Positions 1-8,846 of a stretch of 64,000 bases of DNA are shown piece by piece. Origin of the DNA: Thermoanaerobaculia bacterium (GTDB lineage: Bacteria > Acidobacteriota > Thermoanaerobaculia > Multivoradales > Multivoraceae); the NCBI GenBank assembly GCA_963664405.1, contig OY761158.1:3808001-3872000 (forward strand), in the 5' to 3' direction. Position 1 is the first letter of the stretch. Each line of letters begins with the position of its first letter. Made by a program: the position numbers and the translations under genes. Under the pieces are notes generated by a model that was given only the letters and a program-made list of their open reading frames with translations, was not told the DNA's origin and did not search any database.

Positions 1-2
1 TG

Positions 3-2264
3 TCCGGAGCCCAGGCAAGGGCGCTGCGCCGCATCGCTCGTCCGGCCCACTACGGCAAGGGTGAGGAGACCCTTCTCGATCCCGAGGTGCGCGACACCTG
101 GAAGGTCGCCAAGAACCGGGTGAGGATCGACCGGCGGTGGTGGAACCGGACGCTGCTGCCGGTGCTCGAGGCCCTCCGCTCGGAGCTGGGTCTGCCCGAC
201 GGCACCAGGTTGAAGGCCGAGCTCCACGCCATGCTGCTCTACGGTCCGGGTCAGTTCTTCGCTCCCCACCAGGACTCGGAGAAGTCGGACGACATGGTCG
301 GTACCCTGGTAGTCCTCCTTCCTTCTTCGTTCCGCGGCGGCTCCCTGATCGTCGAGCACCGGGGCGAGACGGTCACCTATCGCGGATCGAAGACGAAGCT
401 GACGTTGGTTGCGTTCTACGCAGACTGCCGGCACGAGGTGAGACCGGTCCGATCCGGGTTCCGGATCGCTCTGACTTACAATCTGATGCTCGCCGGCGGA
501 TCCCGGGAGCCGGGAGCACTCGAGGGAGAGCTCGACCCAGCCATCGTCGGTTCTCTGAGCCGACGCCTCCGCGAGCACTTCGAGACACCGCCGCCCGCGC
601 GCCGATACGCGCTTCGCGAAGCAGGTGCGTACCGCCCGCCGCCGAGCCGGTTGGTCTACCTCCTCGACCACCAGTACACCCCGCGGGGCCTCGCCTGGCA
701 TCGTCTCAAGGGAAGCGACCGGGTCCGCGCGGCGGCGCTTCGCGAGGCGGCCGAGCGAGCCGACTGCGAGCTCGTCCTGGCGTTGGCCGAGGTCGAGGAG
801 AAGTGGAGCTGTTTCGAGCCGGGTTGGGACGACCGCTGGCGGCGGCGGCACCGTTCCTGGGTGCGCGACGAAGATGAGATCTGGATCGAGGACGACCCGA
901 TCGTGGACGATCCGAGCAGCTACGAGCTCGAAGAGCTCCTGGACTGGGGGATCACCCTCGAGTCCTGGATCGATCCCACAGGGACGAAGGCCGACCCGAT
1001 CGCCACCGCGGTCTCCGAGGACGAGGTCTGCTCGACGACACCGTCCTCGGAGCTCGAGGCCTATGCCTCCGAGTACGAGGGCTACATGGGCAACTACGGC
1101 AACACCATGGACCGCTGGTATCGCCGAGCAGCGGTCGTCCTCTGGCCCAGGGAGCGCTCTTTCGCCGTGCACGCCGAGGCGGCGCCAGCGTGGGCCGTGT
1201 GCGAGCTGCAGGAGCGGCTTCGAAACGACGGGCTGGCCGAGGCGCGCGAGTTGGCTGCGACCCTGGCCCCCTTCTGGGAGACCGCCGTCGGCCGAGTCGA
1301 GGCCGCCGGCTTCCTTCTCGAGGTCGCGAGGGTGGCCGAAGGGCTCGACGATGCCGATCTCGCGAAGACCCTCCTGCGGCCCTTCTGGTTGGAGCAGCTG
1401 TCACCCCGCAGCGCCCGAGCGCTCCTGCGGCTCGTCGGACGCTACGGCGAGAACTGGTGGAAGGAGCTTCTCGCCGCATGGTCCGCGTCGGATTTCCGTC
1501 GAGGTCTGCGAACACGACCCGACGAGCTACGGTGGATCGCCTCGATCCCTCGTCTCTGCCGAGCTCTGGTCGCGGTCTCGGACCCGGACGCGACCGACAG
1601 CGAGCCGACCGGAGTCAGAGTCGCTCGCATCCTCCTGCAGAACCGGTGGGCACTTCTGAAAGAGGAAGTGCGGAGTGCGGTCCGAACGCGGCCGCCGAGT
1701 CGGCGGGAGAAGGCTGCGGCCAGGCTCGCGAGTCCGATTCGGGGAATCCTCGCCGCGTCGCAAACCGCTGCAGCGACTGGTGTGGGGGACGCTGTGGTAG
1801 CGGCCTTTCGTGAGCACGACGACGACGCGCTGCTCTCGTGTCTCGTCCGCGTCCTTCGCGATTCAGTGGGCAAGGGCGAGGCGGGGGCCGGGACCTCACC
1901 GCCGCTCGCCGAGCTCCGCGACCATGCCGTTGAAACCCTGAGGGCTCGGCTCGAGCGTCCCGAGCGGGCCGACACCGACTGGTCGCTCCCGCTCCCGCCG
2001 GGCTGCGACTGCAAGCTGTGCGCCGAGCTCGAGAGCTTCCTAGCGGATGCGGACCGCGTACGCTTCGAGTGGACGATCAACAAGCAACGCCGTCAGCACG
2101 TCCACCGGAGAATCGACGACGACGGGATTCCAGTGCGCCACCAGACGCGACGCTCGGGCAGTCCCTACATCCTGGTGCTCGAGAAGAGGAAAGAGCTCTT
2201 CGAGAGCGAGGTCAACCAGCGCCGGTCCTGGCGAGCCGAGTTGGAGTGGCTCACCCGGAGCTGA
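3..2264 (+). CDS. 2OG-Fe(II) oxygenase family protein, 5'-truncated by the window edge
   Basis: Frame is open from base 3 (SGAQARALRRIARPAHYGKGEETLLDPEVRDTW). Motifs: HQDSEK (HxD), FYADCRHEVRPV (distal His), RIALTYNL, YMGNYG and a C-terminal CDCKLC. Confidence 0.85.
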   Translation, partial: SGAQARALRRIARPAHYGKGEETLLDPEVRDTWKVAKNRVRIDRRWWNRTLLPVLEALRSELGLPDGTRLKAELHAMLLYGPGQFFAPHQDSEKSDDMVGTLVVLLPSSFRGGSLIVEHRGETVTYRGSKTKLTLVAFYADCRHEVRPVRSGFRIALTYNLMLAGGSREPGALEGELDPAIVGSLSRRLREHFETPPPARRYALREAGAYRPPPSRLVYLLDHQYTPRGLAWHRLKGSDRVRAAALREAAERADCELVLALAEVEEKWSCFEPGWDDRWRRRHRSWVRDEDEIWIEDDPIVDDPSSYELEELLDWGITLESWIDPTGTKADPIATAVSEDEVCSTTPSSELEAYASEYEGYMGNYGNTMDRWYRRAAVVLWPRERSFAVHAEAAPAWAVCELQERLRNDGLAEARELAATLAPFWETAVGRVEAAGFLLEVARVAEGLDDADLAKTLLRPFWLEQLSPRSARALLRLVGRYGENWWKELLAAWSASDFRRGLRTRPDELRWIASIPRLCRALVAVSDPDATDSEPTGVRVARILLQNRWALLKEEVRSAVRTRPPSRREKAAARLASPIRGILAASQTAAATGVGDAVVAAFREHDDDALLSCLVRVLRDSVGKGEAGAGTSPPLAELRDHAVETLRARLERPERADTDWSLPLPPGCDCKLCAELESFLADADRVRFEWTINKQRRQHVHRRIDDDGIPVRHQTRRSGSPYILVLEKRKELFESEVNQRRSWRAELEWLTRS

Positions 2265-2359
2265 TGCACAGTCTTGGCCAATTGCAGAACCTCCCGCAGC
2301 ACCCTGCCTTATCCATGGGTTTCTGCTGTAGTTTCTGCGCTCCGTCGCAATCTACTCGG

Positions 2360-2545
2360 TGACGATGCCCGCGGAGCCACGTGTGTTGGCGACGGCCTGA
2401 GCATCTGACCCCTTAGGGTGCTCCTTAGTCGCACCTCCGGGTAGTAGCCGATGACTCTCTTCAGGTATCGGAGAAAGCGGCGCTTAAAGTGCCGCGGGTT
2501 CCTGTAGGCACAGCCGAAGTGGAGCTGAAGCGAGTCCCAGGGAAA
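2360..2545 (-). pseudogene. C-terminal remnant of a plasmid replication protein (RepA_C-like)
   Basis: PWDSLQLHFGCAYRNPRHFKRRFLRYLKRVIGYYPEVRL...LRPSPTHV resembles the W..L..QFG..Y...R.FK..F...L..V...YP...L.PSP tail of plasmid RepA proteins; the rest of the gene is absent. Confidence 0.6.
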
Positions 2546-2713
2546 CGCTTGCTCGTACCAAAGGCTTAGGATGACGACCGCGGCCCCGGCGGTCACGCCT
2601 GCGACGCGAAAAGTTTTTCTGCCCAGGGTCACCTCCGGCTGAGCGGCTAGTGACACCGAGATGGATAGGGCGACAGCCAAGATCAGGATCGAGGCTTTGA
2701 TTGCTCGCCTCAC
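2546..2713 (-). pseudogene. 5' fragment of a secreted-protein gene fused in frame to the RepA remnant
   Basis: GTG at 2713 preceded by GGGAGGGG; encodes a signal-peptide-like VRRAIKASILILAVALSISVSLAAQ. Confidence 0.35.
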
Positions 2714-3111
2714 GGCAAGACCCCTCCCACGATGACCCCCTGTCCCTACTAGAGCCTCGAAGGGTCCGATAACTGACAAGATCTCCGAGAAGACAGTGTC
2801 TTTGAAGCCGAGAACCCCTGATGAGGAGCGCGGGAAGTAGGGGAGAAAGGGCGGCTGCAAGGTCGACGAGGCGGCCCCGCTTCTTGTCCACCGTTTTGCC
2901 GATCAGCTGCTCTTCGGCCCTCGGGGCTTTCGCCGAGCTCACCACTCTCGCAGTCCGGCTCCAGCATTGTTTTGCCTGAGCCTCGCGACGTCGGGATCCC
3001 TGGGAGCGGAGGATCGCCGTTTCGTGCGAGACGATCCCCAAAGTGGTGCTGGACTTCGGCACCACTTCCGAAAGGCTTCTGAGCAACGGTGTCTCTACGC
3101 TTCGCCGTGCC

Positions 3112-3130
3112 GTGGCACAATTCTGGCACA
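3112..3130. repeat. Short direct repeat TGGCACA-N4-TGGCACA, putative integrase arm-type site
   Basis: gtggcacaattctggcaca lies ~120 bp before the tRNA-Ser fragment. TAAGCTGTTGAAT (~3188) and AATCAGTCACTTGA (3321) flank the fragment. Confidence 0.4.
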
Positions 3131-3248
3131 CTAACGCCCGAGAATCGCCAACAGAGCGCGACAAAGCTCAACGAGACTGCCGACCCTAAGCTGTTGAATC
3201 CATTTCGGTTATCGGTTGTACCCTACTGTGGGTGATTGGGCTCGGCCC

Positions 3249-3308
3249 GTCTTGAAAACCGGCGACCGTTAACGCGGTCCGTGGGTTCGAATCCCACCCC
3301 CTCCGCCA
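3249..3308 (+). other. 3' half of tRNA-Ser(UGA), att-site remnant of an integrative element
   Basis: gtcttgaaaaccggcgaccgttaacgcggtccgtgggttcgaatcccaccccctccgcca gives anticodon loop, long variable arm, T-arm, acceptor 3' strand and CCA. No matching GGAGGGG 5' acceptor strand lies upstream. Confidence 0.85.
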
Positions 3309-3328
3309 TTACTACAATAGAATCAGTC

Positions 3329-3514
3329 ACTTGAGAGGGCTCTAGCTCGATCCAGTCGAGCTCGCCGGCCGTGCCTCTCCCCTCAGCGCTGGCGCCATCG
3401 GCCTTCGAGCATCAGGCCGCGCTCATCAACCCGCGTCCGGCGGGCTCCGGCGCCGGTACAGGATCGCGATCGTGGTGGCGCCGAAGATGAGAACCAGCAC
3501 CAGCATCGTTCCGC
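3329..3514. repeat. ~190-bp imperfect direct repeat, copy 1 (encodes a truncated IPTL-CTERM tail on the - strand)
   Basis: Aligns by eye with 5492-5681 (acttga..gctctag..ctcgccggccgtgcct..catcaacccgcgtccggcgggctccg..cagcatcgttccgc). Confidence 0.9.
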
Positions 3515-3718
3515 TGAAAGGGCAAGGAATGCTGAGTGGGGAGATAGCGAGACGGTTTGAAAGGTACAGAGGGATCGCAGTCGAAGGCATTGCACTGTGC
3601 ATCGTGCCTCGTGGAAGCTTTCGCGGCGTAACGAACCTCGAGGACCTGACAGCAATGTCAGATTAAGCAAACTTCGATATCACTAACATTCTAGTATGAT
3701 CATTAGGAAAGGTCTGTA

Positions 3719-5167
3719 TTGCTTATGTACGACATACCCAGGAGTCAGGTCCTCCACCGAATCCGGCTGGAGAACCCCTGGTGGCAGGCGCCCTATGAGA
3801 TCCCCGAGTTGATCTCAAGGTTGACGCCGCGACCATATTTGGATCTCTTTCAGCCACTCGTGACCAATAGGGACGTGCGTCGTGCTGTCGTCCTCATGGG
3901 GCCGCGTCGCGTCGGCAAGACCGTCCTTCTCCATCACTGTATCCGGGCGCTGCTCAACCAGAATGTCCGCCCGTCCCACATCTGCTACCTCTCGATTGAC
4001 AACCCCGTGTACAACAAGCTCTCACTGGAGGCGCTGCTCTCCCTCTATGGACACGCTGTCAATTTGCCTGTGACCAAGGAGTCCGTCTACATCTTCTTCG
4101 ACGAGATTCAGTATCTGCCGGACTGGGAGCGCCACCTTAAGTCCCTTGTGGACAGCTTCCCTGGTATCAAGTGCATCGCCTCCGGTTCAGCAGCAGCCGC
4201 GCTGCGCCTTAAGAGCACCGAGTCCGGCGCCGGCCGGCTTACCGACTTTCTGCTGCCTCCCTTGACCTTCTACGAGTATCTCTTGCTGCTAGATCGAAAA
4301 GATCTTGTGCGCGAGGAGGAAAGGGAGGGAAAGCGTTGGTACTCGACTGACGACATCGATGCTCTCAACGACGAGTTCGAGAGCTACCTCAACTTTGGAG
4401 GCTACCCGGAGGCCGCCTTCTCGGAGGAAATCCAGAAGAATCCTGGCATCTTCATCAAGAGCGACATCGTCGATAAGGTCCTCCTGCGGGACTTACCTTC
4501 GCTTTACGGCATCACAAACGTTCAGGAGCTGAACTCGCTCTTCACGTCCCTGGCCTTCAACTCCTCCGGCGAGGTCTCCCTCGAAAACCTGTGTCAGGGG
4601 TCTGGTATCGCGAAGCCAACAATCTCAAAGTACATCGAATACCTAGAAGCAGCCTTCCTGCTGCGTGTCGTCCGACGGGTCGACGAGAATGCCCGGCGAT
4701 TCCAGCGCCAACGCAACTTCAAGGTCTACCTCTCAAACCCGTCAATTCGGACAGCTCTTTTCGGGACGCTCGGGCAGGATGATGAGGAGTTCGGGTCGTT
4801 CGTGGAAACAGGCGTGTTCGCCCAATGGTTCCATTCTCCTCCGCCCTTGCTGTTGCACTACGCACGTTGGAGCAAGGGGGAGATCGACATTCTCCGCATC
4901 CACCCCGACCAGACAATCGACCGCGCGGTCGAAGTGAAGTGGAGCGATCGCTACGTCACCCGCGAAAAGGAACTCGCCGAAGCGATACAGTTCTGCAGCC
5001 AGAACAACGTTTCGCGACTAGTCGTGACGACTAGGACCAAGGTCCGGCGAACAAAGATTAGCAACGTCGAACTGCATTTCTGGCCCGCCGCACTTTATAC
5101 CTATGCCGTGGGCCTCGATGCTATTGACCGTCTCTCCCGAAGTGACCAAGTTCCTAGGGAGTTTTAG
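3719..5167 (+). CDS. AAA+ ATP-binding protein (AAA_14 + DUF4143 type)
   Basis: Walker A GPRRVGKT, Walker B IFFDEIQ, ASGS, GGYPE, KVYLSNP, and a C-terminal nuclease-like EIDIL...EVKW. The start may be the ATG at 3725. Confidence 0.9.
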   Translation: MLMYDIPRSQVLHRIRLENPWWQAPYEIPELISRLTPRPYLDLFQPLVTNRDVRRAVVLMGPRRVGKTVLLHHCIRALLNQNVRPSHICYLSIDNPVYNKLSLEALLSLYGHAVNLPVTKESVYIFFDEIQYLPDWERHLKSLVDSFPGIKCIASGSAAAALRLKSTESGAGRLTDFLLPPLTFYEYLLLLDRKDLVREEEREGKRWYSTDDIDALNDEFESYLNFGGYPEAAFSEEIQKNPGIFIKSDIVDKVLLRDLPSLYGITNVQELNSLFTSLAFNSSGEVSLENLCQGSGIAKPTISKYIEYLEAAFLLRVVRRVDENARRFQRQRNFKVYLSNPSIRTALFGTLGQDDEEFGSFVETGVFAQWFHSPPPLLLHYARWSKGEIDILRIHPDQTIDRAVEVKWSDRYVTREKELAEAIQFCSQNNVSRLVVTTRTKVRRTKISNVELHFWPAALYTYAVGLDAIDRLSRSDQVPREF

Positions 5168-5459
5168 TCAGAGCGACTGACTCGGCGGTTGTGGTCGAAG
5201 GCCCGAGCTTCTGGGCGTGCCGTCAGAGCAGAAGACCGCATTCGCGGATCTGTCCGGCGATGACGACAACGACGATGATGATGACGGCGACGACCGGGCG
5301 CGCAGGGCCACGTTCCATCTCCAGATCTGTGGCCCTCACGCAACTCGATGGAGACGGCGGAAGTACCGGACTCTGAGATCCGGGCCTAACTGCCTGATCC
5401 TGATGTAGTTGCTGCTCGCCTCGCGGTGAATCGCGGTGGCTGATAGCGCCCTGGCCGGA

Positions 5460-5491
5460 TTGAAAACCGGCGTCGGTTCACGCCGACCGTG
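5460..5491 (+). other. Second, shorter tRNA-Ser(UGA) fragment (anticodon loop + variable arm)
   Basis: ttgaaaaccggcgtcggttcacgccgaccgtg parallels 3252-3283, with compensatory changes in the variable stem. Confidence 0.65.
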
Positions 5492-5681
5492 ACTTGAGGG
5501 GGCTCTAGTTGGATCCAGCCGAACTCGCCGGCCGTGCCTTTTCCCCTCGTCAGCGCTGGCGCGATCGGCCTTCGCGCATCAGGTCGCGCTCATCAACCCG
5601 CGTCCGGCGGGCTCCGACGCCGGTACAGGATCGCGATCGCGGTGGCGCCGAAGATGAGGATCAGCACCAGCATCGTTCCGC
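5492..5681. repeat. ~190-bp imperfect direct repeat, copy 2
   Basis: Aligns with 3329-3514. Confidence 0.9.
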
Positions 5682-5772
5682 CGGAGAGGGTCGGGATCTC
5701 CGGTACGCCCCCGCCGGACGTCGGAGTGACCGTCGGCGTGGGGGTGATCGTCGGTGTGGGGATGATCGTCGG
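5593..5772 (-). pseudogene. C-terminal remnant of an IPTL-CTERM sorted surface protein, truncated by IS3
   Basis: Pro/Thr linker PTIIPTPTITPTPTVTPT, then VPEIPTLS, a hydrophobic helix and RRR. Confidence 0.8.
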
Positions 5773-5833
5773 TGAGCCGTAGCGGGCTTGGTGGACCGAG
5801 ATTGGCCTGAGAATGGGCCGAGGAGGTGTTCGA

Positions 5834-6089
5834 ATGAGTTCGAAGCGACGGCGATTCGATCGAGAGTTCAAGACTCAGGCAGTTCGTCTGGCGAGCGAAG
5901 AGGGGCAGAGCGGAGCTGCTTCGTCGCTGGAAGAGGGTCTTCGCCGAGGAAGGAGCGCGTGCGTTTCCGGGCGAGGGGCGCGCTCGTGACGAGGACATGG
6001 CTCGCCTGCGTCGAGACCTTCGTCGGGTGACAGAAGAGCTCGACATTCTAAAAAAAGCGGTGGCGATCTTCTCGGAGCGCCGGCGATGA
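5834..6089 (+). pseudogene. IS3 orfA, with internal deletion/frameshift
   Basis: AGGAGG RBS, then MSSKRRRFDREFKTQAVRLASEEGQS; shifts frame into LLRRWKR...AFPGEG...EELDILKKAVAIFS. Confidence 0.8.
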
Positions 6090-6676
6090 AGTTCCGGTTC
6101 ATTCATGAGCACGTCCAGGAGTTCTCGGTGCGCGTGATGTGTCGGGTCCTTGCCGTGTCGCGAAGCGGCTACTACGCCTGGTGTTCTCGCCCTGAGAGCA
6201 CCCGGAGCCGGGAGGATCGCCGTCTGCTTGCCAAGATCCGTGCTTTCCACCATCGAAGCCGTGGCAGCTACGGTTCGTCGAGGATTCATGCCGATCTGCG
6301 CGAGGATGGAGAGAGCTGCGGTCGGCACCGTGTAGCTCGGCTGATGCGCGACGATGGGCTCGCCGGCAAGAAAGCCCGGCGGTTCAAGACGACAACGGAC
6401 TCGGAGAATTCGGATCCGGTTGCCCCGAACCTGTTGGCGCAAGACTTCTTCGTTGCGACCCCCGACACCGTTTGGGCGGGCGATATCACCTATCTGCGAA
6501 CCCGCGAAGGATGGCTCTATCTGGCGGTGTTGCTGGATCTGTACTCGCGCTTCGTTGTGGGTTGGTCGCTGTCATCGAGCTTGGATCGTTCGCTCCCCCT
6601 TGAAGCACTCGAGAACGCTGTTCGCCGGCGTCGACCCGGCCGAGGTCTCCTGCATCACTCGGATCGCGGGAGTCAA
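6086..6676 (+). pseudogene. IS3-A orfB, part 1
   Basis: MCRVLAVSRSGYY, YGSSRI, WAGDITY, LDLYSRFVVGW; ends at HHSDRGSQ. Confidence 0.9.
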
Positions 6677-6677
6677 A

Positions 6678-6755
6678 CTTGGGTTCAAGGGGTCGTCGCA
6701 ACGTTGCCTTGGTGAGCAGAGTGTACAAACTCATCGAAGACTTCGGCAGGGGTTC
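6678..6755 (-). mobile_element. Terminal ~78 bp of an IS30-family element
   Basis: Near-identical to 7170-7247, including the IR cttgggttcaag.gtcgtcgca. Confidence 0.85.
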
Positions 6756-7169
6756 TGAGCGGTCACGGTTTCGTGGACACCAAGTTAAGCCCCATCGGGG
6801 CAGTTCCTATTCTGCATCAGTTCGGGTAGTCAGCTTCGGACGAGGCTGTGCGAGGTTCGGGGAGCGCAGCCTCCCTTCGGATCCGACCGCCGGTCGCGCG
6901 TGAGTTCACGCTGCCCCTTCGAAGGCCTCGGGGCTCAGGAATCCGAGCGTCGAATGCTGGCGTCTCAGGTTGTAGAACACTTCGAGGTAAGAAACCGCTT
7001 CGTCGTGAGCTCGCTGACGAGTCTCGAAGGGTCGGTCCCAGACCTCGGTCTTGAGACTGTCGAAGAAGCTCTCCAAGACCGCATTGTCATAACAATTTCC
7101 GACGCCGGACATGCTGCAGCGAAACCGCAGCTCAGCCAGCCGATCCTGGTAAGCCTTCGAGGCGTACTG
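6756..7169 (-). mobile_element. 3' part of a second IS3 element (IS3-B), inverted
   Basis: IR TGAGCGGTCACGGTTTCGTGGACACC at 6756. orfB tail QYASKAY...GNCYDNAVLESFFDSLKTE...FYNLRRQHSTLGFLSP, stop at 6906. Confidence 0.85.
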
Positions 7170-8621
7170 CTTGGGTTCAAGGAGTCGTCGCAGCGTTGCC
7201 TTGGTGAGCAGAGTGTACAAGCTCATCGAAGACTTCGGCAGGGGTTCTCCAGCCGAGGGTCTTGCGGGGTCGGCCGTTGAGTGCGAGCGCGACCGCGGCG
7301 AGGTCGTCGCAGGAGTATCTGACAAGGTCGGTGCCCTTCGGGAAGTACTGGCGTAGTAGTCCGTTGGTGTTCTCGTTGGTGCCCCGCTGCCAGGGGCTGT
7401 GCGGGTCGCAGAAGTAGATCGCGAGGCCGGTATCGACGCGGAGTTGAGCGTGTTGAGCCATCTCGGCGCCCTGGTCCCAGGTCAAGGACCGGCGGAGCTG
7501 CTCGGGCAGCGTGGTGATTGACACCGCGATCGCGTCACGGACGGCTTCGGCGCCGTGCCCGGCGAGGGCCGGCCCGTTCTTCACCCTCGATTCGGTCCCG
7601 TGCCCTTCCATGCGGGGCAGGTGCAGCAGCATCGTGAACCGCGTAGTGCGTTCGACGAGGGTCCCGATCGCTGAGCTCTCGAGCCCGACGATCAGGTCGC
7701 CTTCCCAGTGACCCGGCACGGCCCTGTCGCCGGCTTCGGCGGGGCGTTCGCTGATCATGATCTCCGGAGTTACAAATTTCTTGCCTCTCCCCCGGGTTCG
7801 CGCATGCGGCACTCGTAGCGCTCGCCCGGTTCGCAGGCACGCGACGAGCTCGCGTTTGAGGGCTCCTCGACCTTGGATGTAGAGCGCTTGGTAGATCGCC
7901 TCGTGAGAGATCCGCATCGACTCATTATGGGGGAAATCAATCCGAAGCCGGTTCGAGATCTGCTCCGGACTCCAGGATTTCGCCCAACGCCGATCCTGGC
8001 GACGGCCGTGCCGACGGCCGATCCAACGCACATCCGGACCCGGCACCAGCTCCCCGTCAGGCCTTGCGATCACGCCGGCGAGGCGGTTCTGCACGTACTC
8101 ACGCAAGGCATCGTTCGCGGCAAGCTTGGAGACCTTCGGACGGCTGGCGCGCCGCTCCGCGTGCCACTGCGCAGTCGTGGCCCGATAAGTTACGGCACGG
8201 CTGCGAGTCGCCGCGTTGCGGCGCAGCTCCCGCGAAATCGTCGACGGTGAACGACCCAGGCGGCGAGCGATCTCACGTACCCCAACATGCTGAGCGTGAA
8301 GGATGGCGATCTCTTCACGCTCGGCGAACGACAGATAACGCCCCGACACCGGAGCCAACGAGATAGGTCGCATTCCACCAGCTTGCCTGAACCATCTCGA
8401 CCCGACAGCCGGCGACACCCCAGCCTCTGTTGCGGCGTCCTCGCTGGACGCCCCACGAGCGATCGTCTCCCAGAACCGGATCCGGTCCTCGCGCCGCGCT
8501 GTCGAGGGCCGGCCAGGTGACCGCATCTGGCCACGCATCGCTCGAATCGCACCCTGACACTTGCCAACTCCCATCGAAACACCTCCATCACGAGATGTTG
8601 CGACGACCAGTTGAATCCGCC
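7170..8621 (-). mobile_element. IS30-family insertion sequence
   Basis: IRs cttgggttcaaggagtcgtcgcagc / ggcggattcaactggtcgtcgcaac; single intact transposase. Confidence 0.9.
7177..8574 (-). CDS. IS30-family transposase
   Basis: RSPSTISRELRRN, WSPEQIS, ISHEAIYQ, PGHWEGDL, TWDQGAEM, PWQRGTNENTNGLLRQYFPKG. The true start is probably slightly downstream (MRGQMRSPG). Confidence 0.95.
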   Translation of the reverse strand: MGVGKCQGAIRAMRGQMRSPGRPSTARREDRIRFWETIARGASSEDAATEAGVSPAVGSRWFRQAGGMRPISLAPVSGRYLSFAEREEIAILHAQHVGVREIARRLGRSPSTISRELRRNAATRSRAVTYRATTAQWHAERRASRPKVSKLAANDALREYVQNRLAGVIARPDGELVPGPDVRWIGRRHGRRQDRRWAKSWSPEQISNRLRIDFPHNESMRISHEAIYQALYIQGRGALKRELVACLRTGRALRVPHARTRGRGKKFVTPEIMISERPAEAGDRAVPGHWEGDLIVGLESSAIGTLVERTTRFTMLLHLPRMEGHGTESRVKNGPALAGHGAEAVRDAIAVSITTLPEQLRRSLTWDQGAEMAQHAQLRVDTGLAIYFCDPHSPWQRGTNENTNGLLRQYFPKGTDLVRYSCDDLAAVALALNGRPRKTLGWRTPAEVFDELVHSAHQGNAATTP

Positions 8622-8821
8622 CAATACACTTGCGAGGACTACCGGGATCGTCTGGCCGAGCTCGGCATGACCGCGAGCATGAGCCGCAAAGGCAACTGCT
8701 TTGACAACGCGGTCGTCGAAAGCTTCTTCGATTCGCTCAAGACCGAGATCGACCAGCAGGTGTTCGAAAGTCGCGAGCAAGCGCGCCAAAGGGTGTTTGA
8801 CTACATCGAGATTTTCTACAA
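8622..8821 (+). pseudogene. IS3-A orfB, part 2
   Basis: QYTCEDYRDRL...SMSRKGNCFDNAVVESFFDSLKTE...DYIEIFY resumes exactly where part 1 stopped. Confidence 0.9.
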
Positions 8822-8846
8822 GTGGGATTCACAATGCTTCACCTCA

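Noticed and set aside
3219-3308. Complete tRNA-Ser or tRNA-Sec gene
   Set aside because: No 5' acceptor strand or D-arm, and a mismatched anticodon stem; the anticodon is UGA (Ser), not UCA. Treated as an att fragment.
5258-5295. GAC/GAT run encoding a poly-Asp stretch
   Set aside because: Short low-complexity tract in a non-credible ORF; no function can be supported.
5715-5772. 18-bp tandem repeats resembling a mini array
   Set aside because: They encode the Pro/Thr linker and have no spacers, so this is not CRISPR. No CRISPR array was seen anywhere in the window.
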